DNA from: an uncultured delta proteobacterium
GTDB lineage: Bacteria > Desulfobacterota > Binatia > UBA9968
Length of the DNA: 64,000 nt
Assembly (NCBI GenBank): GCA_963804165.1
Contig: CAWDPO010000001.1
Location: 125,381-189,380 of the forward strand
Reading direction: 5' to 3'
The notes beneath the pieces were generated by a model. That model worked only from the letters and a program-made list of their open reading frames with translations, was not told the origin of the DNA and searched no databases. Both the position numbers and the translations under genes were made by a program. Numbering within the stretch: position 1 is the first letter of the stretch; the number at the start of each line of letters is the position of its first letter. Shown here piece by piece: positions 1 through 11,627 of this stretch.

Positions 1-698
1 AATTTGAACTCGGATCGCCTGGTTTTCTGCTCCCAAGATAACCACCGCTCACTGGCGGTGAGCAAAGATCGTCAGTGCCGGCTGTGCCGTCGGGCTCAAC
101 AGTGAGCGTCGCGTTGGGTACCAACTCGAAGTCGCCATTGACGGTGCCTTCTGGGTTCAGCGAGGTCAGGAGCTGCGTCCAGGCAGCGGCGCAATCCACG
201 TTGCCCACGTTTCTCAGCACCCGGGCGCGGCGCATTGTGCGGATGCGCGCGGAAGTGTCGGCGCCTCCCAAAGCCGCTTCGAACAACTCTTTGTCTTCAA
301 CCGCCGACACCGGCTGCTGCCACACATCCAGCCAGACAAAGTCGAATTGCTGGGTCGTGGGCGCGGTTAGCGTCTCGCCCGGACGTGAACCCTGTTGTAA
401 CCAATCCTTCTGGAGGTTAAAGGGTTCGTCGCTCTCCAGTTCGAGACGAAGACCGCCGACGTAGAAGGTCCCGGCGCTCAATACCAGCTGACCAGCGACT
501 GATTTTGAGACGGAATCCGTCGTCTGGGCTTCCGGCCGGGCCAATCACATCCACGCGCACACGACGCGCGTCTTCGGCATCGAGCCGCTCGGCCTCGTTG
601 AAGTCGTCATCGGTCAGCACCCGGCCTTGTTGCATGTGCACACGGTCGTAGTGTTTTCGGTCATCGGTTGCGTCTCGTGAGATGTCGATATTAGGCAT
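1..698 (-). CDS. DUF6519-family eCIS-associated protein, 5' part (frameshifted near 450, runs off window)
   Basis: N-terminus MPNIDISRDATDDRKHYDRVHMQQGRVLTDDDFNE matches the xDxSR...HY...QQGRVxxDxDxNE start of DUF6519 proteins. Located at the distal end of the eCIS baseplate genes. Confidence 0.75.
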
Positions 699-709
699 AA
701 GTCCTCGAT

Positions 710-3113
710 TCAGGTTTCAAATACATAAACCTGCAGGAGCCCGAACGGAGCGAACTCCTCAACCTTGGCCCGTAAACTGTCGAGCCTAATGGGATTCAAC
801 AGACTGCTGAAGGCCCCTATTTCAGATTTGTTTTCCGCGCCCCGCCGCAGAAACTCCGGCGCGCTCTCCGCCAGTTGCGCATAGCCGGGTTGGCCAAAAA
901 TCAGCGAAGTAAACGCGCCATCGAATTCCCTCACAAAATATGATTCATACGGGTGGGGCACCCGACTGTGTGGCGAGGCGGGATTCAGCGGGTCCTGCCG
1001 TTCCAGTACGGCGCTGAAACGGAAACAACCTTCCTGTGTGTTGGTTACGTTCGTGAATCCGGTAATCAAAGTTTCTGAGGCGTCGAGCCACTCGACTTCA
1101 ACCTCACCAAAAACGGTGACGCTTCGCATGGTCGACGCGTCCCGCCGGCACGGAGATCACTGGCGCCGCGGAGTGCTGGCCATCGATGATGGAATCGCGA
1201 ATTTCGAGATTGGTAAGCTCGCCCGCGCCTTCGACACCGAACCGGGCCGACAATCGAATTCTCGATGATGAGTTTCTCGACGTTTCCGCGGATGCTCAAA
1301 GGCACGGGCATGATGGGATTTCCGGCTGCATCAACACCCCCCGGATCAAGCGTCATATGACGAAGGGTAACGCGCTTGTAATCACCTATCAACTGGATCT
1401 GAGAATGCACCGGTTGCGCCAATCCACAGCCCGTCGAGCGTGAGCTCGGAGTCGACGTTTGCCGATGTATTCAGTAGCCAGTTATGCGTCAAGCGCAGAT
1501 AGGGCCGCCTGCGATTGGCCGCGCGGAATTCGAGCTGAGTGATCTGATTGCGATTGTCGATTGGCGTGTAGTTAGCAGAATCGCGAACCTCGGCAACATC
1601 TCGGATCGACGCCCCCTGGCGGGAGGAAGTTCGGCTCCGCCTGGAACCGTCGTTTGAATGGCCCCGCCACCGCTGATCACGCGCGTGACCGCGGCCGTTA
1701 GTGCGTACCTGCGCGATCATAACCGCCGGCTCCGATGTCTCGCGGAGAAGCCGTAGTGATAACTGACGAGCGGCTGTGGCGCCGCGCCGCCTCCAACCCA
1801 GCGCAAGCGGCCGCGTCTTAGGATCGATGACCCAATCTTTCGCGACGCCGGCTAATGCTCGCCGTATAGTTTTCCAGGTCGCCCCCAACGATCAACTCTC
1901 GGGCTGCTGGAACAAAGCGCGGGAATACAGATCATTCCGAAATCGTCTTCACTACAACAGAAGCGTCGGATGTATCCTGCTGCCGTCGTGCTCGGCGCTG
2001 TATCTGCTGCATAAACGCCGATCGGAAGCAGCGCTCGTTTGCCGCATCGTCGATCGAGCGGCAACCAGGAGTGGATTCCAGACCAGAGGATTGCGTAGCG
2101 CGCTGATCACGCAGTGGTGCCGGCAAGCGCCGCGGAGATCTGAAACAGCCGCGCCTCGCTTGGAATGCGTTGCTGATGGAATCTACGCAACAACGCGAGG
2201 ATCACATCCGCATTGCGGGCGTAAGGGAAATTGGGGGGCACGTAAGAATGGGATTGAGCCGGCCAGAGACCTGTTCCGTGATGACAAACTCGGCATGATT
2301 CAGGACGACGACAACGCATAGGCGACGGGGACTTCCCATTCCTTTGCGGATATCCAGTCTTCCCAATCAAAACGTTCGCGATCGTCGGTGCGATGACGCC
2401 GCGCATAAATAGAGGTATGTCGCGTCCTGAAGGATCAAAAGTAAATGTGTCCGGCCAGCGGACCAGGCCGCGGCGTGATGTCGTCAAGTCGGGTTGACTT
2501 AGGCGGTAGAGATGAAAGCCGAGCTTCGCGATTCCGTAGCGGCCATCGCGTCCCCGAGGTCGTCTGACGTCGGCGTGTGATGAAACTCATCAAACGGCGA
2601 GTCGGCCAACTCGGCGCCATGTGCACTCCGAGATTGGCCCAACCGCCTGGCAGCGTTCCGGTAAGTAAACCCGCAAGCGGCGCGGGATGCGGATCTAAGC
2701 CATGACGCGTACGGCCCAGCCGGCGAAACTCCTCGACGAGCTTGCCTTCCCAACCCGTGATGTCGGCGATGAGTTCTTCAAGAATACGCGGAGTGCCGGC
2801 GCGCCGGCGGTAGTAGATCGTCTTCGCTACATCGACTCGACGCGCGCGCGGATTCAACGCCGAAACCAATCGAGTGGCGACAAGTTCGCCGATGATATGG
2901 AACGGCCCAATCCGCACACAGATCAATGAATTGTCGTCCCACAGTCGATCATTACTGCGACGCAACGTCGCCGCCTGTTGCGCGAGCACTTCAACGAATC
3001 CGCGCAGAACTCCCGGCGGTTCAGCCAGCCCATCTTCTTCGCGATAGTATTCCGGGATCAGCGCCCAGAGTCTTCTCCGCGTAGTAACGGTCAAAATGAT
3101 CGTGACATGCCAT
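710..3113 (-). CDS. eCIS phage-tail/baseplate wedge protein (several frameshifts)
   Basis: Fragments LWALIPEYYREEDG...RARRVDVAKTIYYRRRAGT and C-terminal FTSLIFGQPGYAQL...GAENKSEIGAF...EEFAPFGL are typical of eCIS tail proteins. ATG at 3113 with GGAG RBS. Confidence 0.7.
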
Positions 3114-3141
3114 CACTCTCCCTCCCATTCAGGAGAGACGG

Positions 3142-5563
3142 TTAGTGAAATCGAAGTAGTACCGGCCGGCGGCTTAATTCCGTAGTTCTGAAAACGGTGT
3201 TGAATCGAAAGTCGAGTCCGGTAACGGAAACGACGCCGGTGAGGTGCAGCAAGAACTCAAACAGCTGGCTGCGGAACAATGGTTTGCCGATACCCAGCCG
3301 TTCAGGTGGCAATAATCCGGTCTCAACATCCATCAATGCTGTGCGTGCAGCAGACAACACTTCGTCTTCAAATCGTTTTGGATCGTGAGTTAGTTGAATC
3401 GAAAGGTTTGCGACCGAGCAACTGCGCGCTCGACCTGAATTGGCGTGTCCGGCTGAGTCAAACCACGCAGGTGGCCCAGAATGAGCGCGGTGAGATCTCC
3501 GTCTGCGAGATACCAAACGTGCGCTGCGGGCACTTGAAGCTTCCGAACTCCAACGCCATTCAGCCGCGACAGCGCGAACTCCGGCATAACTCGCAGCGGC
3601 CGCTCCAAGGTCGGCAAGCGACACAGCGCGGCCGAACAGCAACGCCGATCGTGGCGCAAACTTCTGGAAACTGTTTGCCGGTTCTTCATCTGCTCCACCA
3701 TATGGAGCACAGGACTGAACGAACGCTCTTCAAGCCCTTTACCGGTTTGGCAATTGCTTGATCGAATCGGTCGGAGGCATCTTCGCGCCCGCCGCCATGA
3801 CGATAGTAGCCAACAACGGATGAGCCAGTGTTTAGTCGCTTTCCTGTACTCCATCTCCAAACGTGACAACGCTTTCGTTCTTGTCGTTCTGACGGACAAT
3901 GTAGATCTGCGCGTCTTCTTCTTGATCCGTAAAAACTCTTCACCTCAGTCCACTGCAACCCATCAACGTAAACTTTCAAGCTACTGGTTAAGCCCGAGGG
4001 TGTACTTTCTGAGGGCGACGGAAGGTAGGTGACCGGACTCTTCTTCAGCGTGAAACTTTGATTGGCGATTGAACGATCACCGGTGCCCAGCACCTCGCCG
4101 TTAACAGTTTCGCCGCGGGAAGTATGGATAACATTGCCGAATAGTCTGAGCGGCGTGGCCAAAGACATGGGCCATGGATCACCCTGAATAGAAAACACTC
4201 CGTTTGCGAAATTCAAACTTCCGGGCCGAAGCACTCCCCAAACCGTTTATGTCTTCAAGTTCAAATTCACCTGGTAGCGATGAATCGCGCGGCTGATCGA
4301 GCGGCGTTTGGACCCTCAGTGAATTCGTGTGAGTAATTTCCGTGAGAGATTCGACGGTTATCGTTCCTGCCGGTACAAACGTATGATGAACGATTAGTTC
4401 AACGGCTTGTGCGCTGCCGAAATTGATTGACGGTGTCTCAATCCTGGTTGTCTGGGCGGTAATCGCCGGAATCGGCACCCTCGCGATTAATACTCCGGGC
4501 GCGGTGCCGCCATCGCGAATCTCGGTCGTCGAGGCTGCTTGCAAAGTTATCGCGGCAACTTCGACTTTGGTGATCGCCCTGGCCGCAAGCAGAGGTGGTC
4601 CTTCAACAATGATGTTGTCGCCGGTCCGGAAGAAGGGGGAGACCGAGTCCAACAGTATGAACGACGTGCCCGAAGTGGTCCCGAATCCACCGGTCGTGCG
4701 CGACCACACTGCTGACGTAGCGGTTGGCTTAGTAAGTTCAACGTCACTGACACTCAAGTTACCCGGAACTGGAAGTGCATCCTCTAGAGTTACTGCGGTG
4801 TAGGTCAGATGGTCCGCGCCTTCATGATCCTCTACACGCGTCACCCGGCTCGGGTAATTCTCGGAAAGTATTCGGAGAGCAACGATGTCACCTTCTTCAA
4901 CTGATACGCTTCCGGCTTCAAACAGGAACGTTGATTGGTAATGGTTGTACAGTCCGAACGTGTTAGGTCGAACCGGTAAAAACGTCCATTCATTCAAGAG
5001 CGGATGAATCGTCGTCGCCCTGTCGAGTTCAAACACCTGAGGCGGATTTCCTTCGAACGCTCCGGATCTGAAAGCAGTGCCAACAGGCAGAGTCACTACC
5101 TGACGCCCATCTGCAAATGCGGCGAGCTCGGCCAGTGCAGCTACAGCAGGCCGCGGAAGGTAACCGAGTGGTGCGACCAGTTTTCGCAGCGACTCCCGTC
5201 GCCGTGCGGTGCGTACATACGACTCATGTGCAAGTACGTCGTCATAGAACGAAGTGAGGTCGCACACGTAAGCCCACATTTCAAGCAGCATCATTCCAAA
5301 ATCTTCCGGATGACGGCCACGCCAGGCGCCTATCGCGGAGAGTGTCTCTCTTCAAGCCATTGCGATCGCGTTCAATCAGAAACCGCAAGGACCAAAGTGG
5401 ATGATTCCCGAGTGAGGCGGTAGTTCGAATCGAAATTGCACGCAGCAATGCCCGCCGAAATTCCGCAAACGTGCCTGTTTGACGTGGCAATTCGGTGAGT
5501 CCGGCGACGATTGAGTTTAGGCGGGAAAGTAAAGATCGTCGCAGATGCAGTTTGTTCTGCCAT
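3142..5563 (-). CDS. eCIS baseplate J-like protein 2 (Afp11/12-like; frameshifted)
   Basis: MLLEMWAYVCDLTSFYDDVLAHESYVRTARRRESLRKLVAPLGYLPRP, GNVIHTSRGETVNGEVLGTGD...NQSFTLKKSP and RAVSLAD motifs, spread over ORFs 5372-5569, 4179-5294, 3686-4234 and 3142-3642. Confidence 0.8.
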
Positions 5564-5581
5564 GCGCACCTCCCTCCATCA

Positions 5582-8199
5582 CTAGTCTGACTGCTCCCCG
5601 TTCAGGCAACTCTCGATTGTTTTCGACGCGAATGATTTCGTCGTGCGCGACGTGTAGACCAATTCGTCGAAGAGTCGCTTGGGAAACCAGCCACGACGAC
5701 GGATGTAAATCTCTTCAACTGCGCGAACGCCTGGAACAGCTTGAATCGCAGCTTCCAGGCGTGCTCGTTCCAACGGAGTCGCCGAACGTCCAGTTGTCTG
5801 GAGAAAAGAAACCAGGACGTGGTCTAACACCACGTTGACCGAACAACGCTTCAAGCACAGCTTCCTTCACATCGCCAATGTACGAAGTCGGAGCAACGCA
5901 GATATGAATCTCCAGATCCAGATTCGCGAACTTGGGATTCAGTCCATAAGTCTCGCGTCCCGCAAGTCTGTAGCGATTGAGTTGACGTTCGAGGTCGATG
6001 CGTTGTTCTTCTGTTAACGTGAAGCTGCCTTTTGGATCTGGAGTCGCGAAGAGCGTGAGCCAACTTCCAGTCCAACGGAACTGCGCGCCAGCACGTTGTA
6101 CCCATCTGAGTTTCTCGACGGCAGCTGCGTAGTCTTCGGCGCGCACCGCGCGAAACGTCTCAGCGCGAAACGCGTCTGGTGCGACATGTCGAACGTCAGC
6201 AAAGGATTCGGGATCTACCGCATTCGCAAGACCAAACTGGAGATCATCAGCCGCAAATTCATTGTCAGTAATGCCGAGTGGATTTGTGACCGCGATAACG
6301 AAGGTGAGCGGCGCCGCGGGATCGAATTCAGTGAGCGAGTTTGCGCCGACGTTGTCACCTCGACCTCTGCCAAGTCGATAAACAGTGCGAAACTGCATCC
6401 CTCGTGTTGGTTGTTCTCCAAACAGATCGTTACCAAACTGAACACTCGCACCACGGCCGTTGGCATAATCGAAATGCACAAACTCCTGGACCGTATCGGT
6501 TTCATCGACACGGCGATAAGAAGAAACACGTCGCCACGAACCATCGTCGATCGTGAAGTGTTTGTCGGTAGGCAGAGAGGAACTAACACCCAACATCGCT
6601 CGTTTCCACTCCCACTCGCTGTCGGTCACCCAGTTCCCGAGCACACGTGTTCCATCCATAACCCGCACTTCAGGAGACGCATGTTCAAGCGTAGGACCGT
6701 GCGACACCACATCACGTTCTTCCGATCCGGGAAGCGTGAAAAGTAGAGCGGAACGTTCAACTGCGAACGCAGAAAAGTTCTCGTTGTACAAAGTGTTCGT
6801 GGTTGGCAAGTGTGCCGGCTGCAAAGGCGGCAGCAATGCGGCCTGCGGATTTGGTTCGATCTCGAAAAAGGCTTCGAGCGTTTCTCCCGCCGTTGCCGGA
6901 ACGATGTTGCCGCGAACGACTAGTGTTGGCAGCTCCATTTCGAACGGCAGCGCGTATGCAGGATCCCATTCCAGTCGTGTGAGGTTCGTGCCGGTGAGTG
7001 GATCCACCAACGTCGCGCCGGCATCGTCGACTTTGATCAAACGAACCAACCAGGTTCGTACCGGCACACTTGCATCGACTGGATTGGTTTTTAGTATTAC
7101 CCATTTCCCACGAACTTGCGGATTGGTGAAATCATCGAGCGGAAGATCGTTTTGGTGATGACCTGTGACATGTAAAAAAGTAGAGCCGACTAACAGGCAG
7201 GTATCGTTTTCATCCCACTGATACGCCGTAAGTTCGTTTGCGGCATTGCGTAGCTCAAAATCCGACGTTGGATAGAGGTTGCTCTGCGAAGGCAACACGC
7301 CGAGCGGCGGCGTTAGTCCCTTGTGACCTTGAACAATTCCATGTCCTACTTCATACACTGATGGACTTCGGTGACGTCGATCTGCAAGCGTCTCTCCCGG
7401 TACAGCAGCTGGCGGCGGTACCCATACTGGCGTGCCTGCAGAGACAATGTGCACAGCCGCCGAAGCATCAACCGTGAAATCAAGCCACGTCGCAGCACCC
7501 TTGCCGTCGTGGACGTGGTAATCAAGCAATCGCGCCTGACGACGAATCGATCGGCGCTGTGTTGCGGATTCAAAATAGCGCTTCGCGCGAAATGCGATCC
7601 TGGTAATAGGCAAACTCGTCGCCGACAGCGCTCATTAACTCGGTGAGCATCATGCCGACATCAGCTTCAAGCCGATCTTTCCATTGCGGATGCCAGTCCG
7701 AAGCGAAATCCAGCAGCGCCTGCCGAATACTCCAGAAGTCGCGGGCCAGATAGTTCACCGGGTAGTCGATCAACGTATCTTCAGGACACTCGTGAGGCCG
7801 CGCTTCACAATCAAGCTCGCTCGGACAATTCGCCTTGAAACTGAACCCGACTCTACTGAAATACGGATCGACCAATGGACTGGTGAGCTGAAATTCATAA
7901 CGTGAGAAGTCGCCGGGCTGTGAGGTAATCACGCGTAAAACTCGCCTGCCAAAACGTGTGACCCACGTCGGAGGAAAATTCGGATTGAGCGGCACAACCG
8001 GCAATGACTCCCCGCCACTTGGACTGATAATCTTGATCTGAGAAGGCTGGACCACACCAAGGATCTGTTCAGCATTCAACGTCGCGTTCGGATGAAATAA
8101 CACAAACAACGTCGTCTGGTTTTCGCGGACAAAGATAAAGTCGATGCCCACGATGTCGTCGCGCCCGCGAAGATTCTCGATGCGATCGATTGCAGCCAT
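5582..8199 (-). CDS. eCIS baseplate J-like protein 1 (Afp11-like; frameshifts near 7590 and 5760)
   Basis: VNYLARDFWSIRQALLD...EADVGMMLTELMSAVGDEFAYYQDRI, ATQRRSIRRQARLLDY, VQFGNDLFG and RAVRAEDY motifs. Confidence 0.85.
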
Positions 8200-8201
8200 G
8201 A

Positions 8202-8579
8202 TTAACGAGTCACTTCCAAATTCAGATAACGGCGTTCGCCACGTGCTTTGAGCGTGTAGGCAATCTTGATTTCCAGTCGTTCATCGATCGCCAGAGCCTT
8301 TACATCGTTAACGTCAATTGCTGAGCCCAGCCAATTGGTGAGTGCTTGATAAATCGTTACCTGAGCCAACGACGCCGATACTTCACTGTTAGGGGCAAAC
8401 ACCAGTCGCTTTATCCCGCAGCCGAAATCCGGTCGATTGACTCGCTCGCCGGGCGCTGTGAAAAGAACCTGGAACATCATCTGCTCGATGTGCTCAGCGT
8501 AGTTCTCTTCTTCGGCTAAACGTCCGCGGCCGAGATCAACCGCGAAAGGATGTCGTATGCTGGTGAATGGTTCGGCCAT
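8202..8579 (-). CDS. gp25/GPW-like baseplate protein (Afp9-like)
   Basis: HIEQMMFQVLFTAPGERVNRPDFGCGIKRLVFAPN is the GPW_gp25 signature. Confidence 0.92.
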   Translation of the reverse strand: MAEPFTSIRHPFAVDLGRGRLAEEENYAEHIEQMMFQVLFTAPGERVNRPDFGCGIKRLVFAPNSEVSASLAQVTIYQALTNWLGSAIDVNDVKALAIDERLEIKIAYTLKARGERRYLNLEVTR

Positions 8580-8581
8580 CG

Positions 8582-8926
8582 CTATAGGCTCTTCACTTTC
8601 GGTTGCGTGTTTACCTTCATCACGAGTCCCTGGGGTAACTGTTGCGCGTTCTGGCAAAGACCGATGCTGCTCATGCTCAGAGTTGGCGTGCTATTAACTT
8701 TCGCGCGCATATCAGTCAGGATCCAACGAACGGTCAAACATGGGCTGGGAATCGTGGTGACGCCCGCAGGAATCTGAAAAGGGCATCCGGAGATCAAATA
8801 CTGATCATTCGCCAATGCTCCGAATGCGCCACCAACCTTCACCCGACTGTTCGTGGTAATGATCTGGACCGATCCTCCGTGCGGACACATCAGAGTTGAA
8901 CTCACGTTGAGAGTGTTTCCAGCCAC
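8582..8926 (-). CDS. PAAR-like (DUF4280-type) spike tip protein
   Basis: MCPHGG...GCPF...PSPC...GLC Cys/His pattern. Sits between the gp5-like spike and gp25. Confidence 0.8.
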   Translation of the reverse strand: MAGNTLNVSSTLMCPHGGSVQIITTNSRVKVGGAFGALANDQYLISGCPFQIPAGVTTIPSPCLTVRWILTDMRAKVNSTPTLSMSSIGLCQNAQQLPQGLVMKVNTQPKVKSL

Positions 8927-8929
8927 TGC

Positions 8930-9487
8930 TTATGTAACCTCCCATGCGCCGTTGTTAACCTTCACAGTCGCCGCAGTGACTTCGACTTTTCCAGCTGACA
9001 ATTCACTGACGACACCTTTCGAGCTGATAGTATGTTTAGCGTTGCCCTTTTGACTCTTGATGTCTTTCGCGAGCGTCACTGTCGATTTGCTGGTTGTCGC
9101 GAGTTTCATTTCGTCGTTCTGATCGTCGATTCGCAGCGTCAACTTTTCCGTTTTCCAAATCTTGATCGGAGCGCCGCCCGGGTCTGGTAATTCGTTATCA
9201 GCCCAGAAACATCCACTCCAGATTGGATAACTGGGATCGCCAGCTTCGAATTCGACCCAAACACCCGTTCCGTTTTCCGGGAGACTGTAGAAGCCGACTT
9301 TCTTGCCTGCGTAAGGAACACAAGGCATGGCCCACGACTCGACGGTGCCGAGAACCGCGGGCACGCTGACTTTCAAACGCCCGCGATTAGTCGGATCGGC
9401 GTTGTCAGTTACGGTGCCGCGATACTTTCCGAAAAAGTGACCGCGGATCCACATGTAACATTGTTGAGTTAGGTCATCGCCATACAT
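8930..9487 (-). CDS. Phage baseplate assembly protein V / gp5 OB-fold spike (VgrG C-part)
   Basis: FFGKYRGTVTDNADPTNRGRLKVSVP...WAMPCVPYAG...GVWVEFEAGDPSYPIWSGCFW, followed by a short beta-repeat tail. Confidence 0.92.
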   Translation of the reverse strand: MYGDDLTQQCYMWIRGHFFGKYRGTVTDNADPTNRGRLKVSVPAVLGTVESWAMPCVPYAGKKVGFYSLPENGTGVWVEFEAGDPSYPIWSGCFWADNELPDPGGAPIKIWKTEKLTLRIDDQNDEMKLATTSKSTVTLAKDIKSQKGNAKHTISSKGVVSELSAGKVEVTAATVKVNNGAWEVT

Positions 9488-9491
9488 AACG

Positions 9492-10556
9492 TTACTCCGC
9501 CCATCCGTTGCGGATTAGATCGAATTCCATGAAGTGTTCTGCTGAGTCGATCGAATGTCGCACTGCTGAACAAAACCAGGTGCCACTGTGGCGAGTACCG
9601 ACGCCACGAAGATTCACAAGAGTGTGTGATCGCAAAACTTTCTTAAGGGCACTGAAAGTCGTCGTACCGGTCGCGCGCAAAAAGAAACCTGCATCGATGA
9701 GTGTTCCCTCGTTGCGCGCTTGCAGATCTCCGTTGTCGTCAACCGGCGCGTAAACATGGGCAACGCGAGAGCCGGCGGCGATCGTGGAAAGATCAGTGCC
9801 ACCGAGAGCTGTCAACGGCGACCGTTGAACTGATCCGCTAAGGTTCGACTTCGTGTTTAAGTCGACCTCCGTTGAATTCGTCGACGTCGCCCTCTCCACG
9901 TCAAAAGTGATATCGAGGTCAGTAACGTTGAACTTCGGATCGGTGAGATTGATGATCAAATCGCATTCTGGCTCGCCATCGAACTTGGGACGTTTAAAGT
10001 GCGCGGTCTCAATCCCAAACTCGTCGCAGGTGACCCAGAAATGAAATCCGTTGCGGCGCGCGAGACGCCGTATGAAACTCAAGTCTGTCTCGCGTTGAAC
10101 CAATGTGTGTTTCATCTCCATGTGTCCCGCCTGCGTTGTTTCAACATCGGGAAGAAGGCCCGCTTCCGAGAGAATCGAGGAGACGGCAGCGCTATCCGTT
10201 AGATTGCTCCACGCAACTGCCTTGTCTTCACGGTCGAGCTTGATTAGCGAATCCGCGCCCTGCACCGACAGAGTGGAACCGGAACCGCCCTGTTTGAATT
10301 GAATCTGTTGACCGTAAACAGGGCCTTTCACAAGACAGGCTGTGGTCGCGTCCGTTGGCACAAGCACCGAGATCTCAGAACCTGGACCAACACTCGCGTC
10401 CTTCAGCAACGGAAAGTCGCCGTCAGCTATGTCGAAGCTGTATTCAAGGCGATACTGCGTTGGTTCACCGACGCATTCAGTGACCTCAACGAACGCAGCA
10501 CTCGCCGCTGTTTCGTTCGGCGCTCCGTTCACTCTGATCGCTACTCCGAGTCCCAT
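9492..10556 (-). CDS. Phage late control D / gp27-like hub (VgrG N-part, Afp8-like)
   Basis: LVQRETDLSFIRRLARRNGF and VNLRGVGTRHSGTWFCSAVRHSI motifs. Confidence 0.88.
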   Translation of the reverse strand: MGLGVAIRVNGAPNETAASAAFVEVTECVGEPTQYRLEYSFDIADGDFPLLKDASVGPGSEISVLVPTDATTACLVKGPVYGQQIQFKQGGSGSTLSVQGADSLIKLDREDKAVAWSNLTDSAAVSSILSEAGLLPDVETTQAGHMEMKHTLVQRETDLSFIRRLARRNGFHFWVTCDEFGIETAHFKRPKFDGEPECDLIINLTDPKFNVTDLDITFDVERATSTNSTEVDLNTKSNLSGSVQRSPLTALGGTDLSTIAAGSRVAHVYAPVDDNGDLQARNEGTLIDAGFFLRATGTTTFSALKKVLRSHTLVNLRGVGTRHSGTWFCSAVRHSIDSAEHFMEFDLIRNGWAE

Positions 10557-10560
10557 TTGC

Positions 10561-10836
10561 TTACTTTCCCTTTACTGGAATCTCTACTTCTCGCGCTTCC
10601 GTTAATGCTTCAGGCAACATCACATCGTTCTGTTCAGCGATGCGCCAGAAGCCAGCGGGATCATTCGTATACTTGGCAGACAACAGATCCATCCGTTCAC
10701 CTTGCTTTAACAAATGAATTCCGAGCAGTACTTGATCTGGTGGTGGTGGCGGTGCAACTACAGTCACTAATCGACCGCGCTTGTCGGTCACCACGTAGGT
10801 TTCCGCTTTTAGATATCTACTCTTTGGATCGAACAT
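10561..10836 (-). CDS. LysM-like eCIS protein
   Basis: MFDPKSRY...HLLKQGERMDLLSAKYTNDPAGFWRIAEQN. Confidence 0.8.
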   Translation of the reverse strand: MFDPKSRYLKAETYVVTDKRGRLVTVVAPPPPPDQVLLGIHLLKQGERMDLLSAKYTNDPAGFWRIAEQNDVMLPEALTEAREVEIPVKGK

Positions 10837-10847
10837 AGATCTGTCCC

Positions 10848-11624
10848 CTATGTCGGCAGCATTCCGATTATCGATTCGACACTGTTTGCGAGATTGGCAG
10901 TTGCTAATGCTTCTTTTTGTGCTTGCGTGAATTTGTAACAGAGCTTCGCGAAGTCAACGATCAGCGACTGTCCAGGATCACCGGCCACATTCACGAGGTG
11001 GTTCTCATTGAGCACCGTTAGGCCAAGTGATACCTTCGCTCGTATCGGATAGAGCAATGGTGAATACTGCTGTTCTTCAACTGAGAAGCTCGTGATGCGG
11101 ACAGGAACGATGCGACCAGGCCCCCAGAAGAAAAGCACGACCGGTACTTGCAGCTTCGGCACGACATCAGCCGCAGTTCCGAGACCACCGATGCTGACGC
11201 CGCCCGTAAGCGAAACACTTACAGATACGTTGAGCAATCCGGCTAGCGCACTTGGTCCAGGCGGATAACAAAGCATCTCCATCGCTGAGATACGATCAGC
11301 AACACCGGCGATGGTCGCGATCGGATGCGTACTCGGCTCTTCCAAAGCGTCGGCGGCATCCAATTCGAGAGTAAGACTGAATGTTTCCTGCGGATCGAAT
11401 GGCTGGGCCAACTCGTTAAGAAACTCCGCTGCAGCTTTGTCTGCCGCTTCCTTGCTCTCGTAAGTGATCTTTTCCTTCGGCTTCCACGGGACAACCTGGC
11501 GCGTCATCGTTTCAGGGTTGTACTGAAAGATGATGATGTTCGGGATGGGCACCAGCATCGGCGCTGAGAATTGAATCAGCGCGCCTTTGAGAAGTTTTGG
11601 ACTTCTTGTGAATCCGTTCGCCAT
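10848..11624 (-). CDS. CIS tube-initiator protein (Afp7-like N-terminal domain)
   Basis: PKLLKGAL...IIFQYNPETMTR...VLFFWGPGRIVPVRITSFSVEEQQYSPLLYPIRAKVSLGL. Confidence 0.85.
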   Translation of the reverse strand: MANGFTRSPKLLKGALIQFSAPMLVPIPNIIIFQYNPETMTRQVVPWKPKEKITYESKEAADKAAAEFLNELAQPFDPQETFSLTLELDAADALEEPSTHPIATIAGVADRISAMEMLCYPPGPSALAGLLNVSVSVSLTGGVSIGGLGTAADVVPKLQVPVVLFFWGPGRIVPVRITSFSVEEQQYSPLLYPIRAKVSLGLTVLNENHLVNVAGDPGQSLIVDFAKLCYKFTQAQKEALATANLANSVESIIGMLPT

Positions 11625-11627
11625 GAA

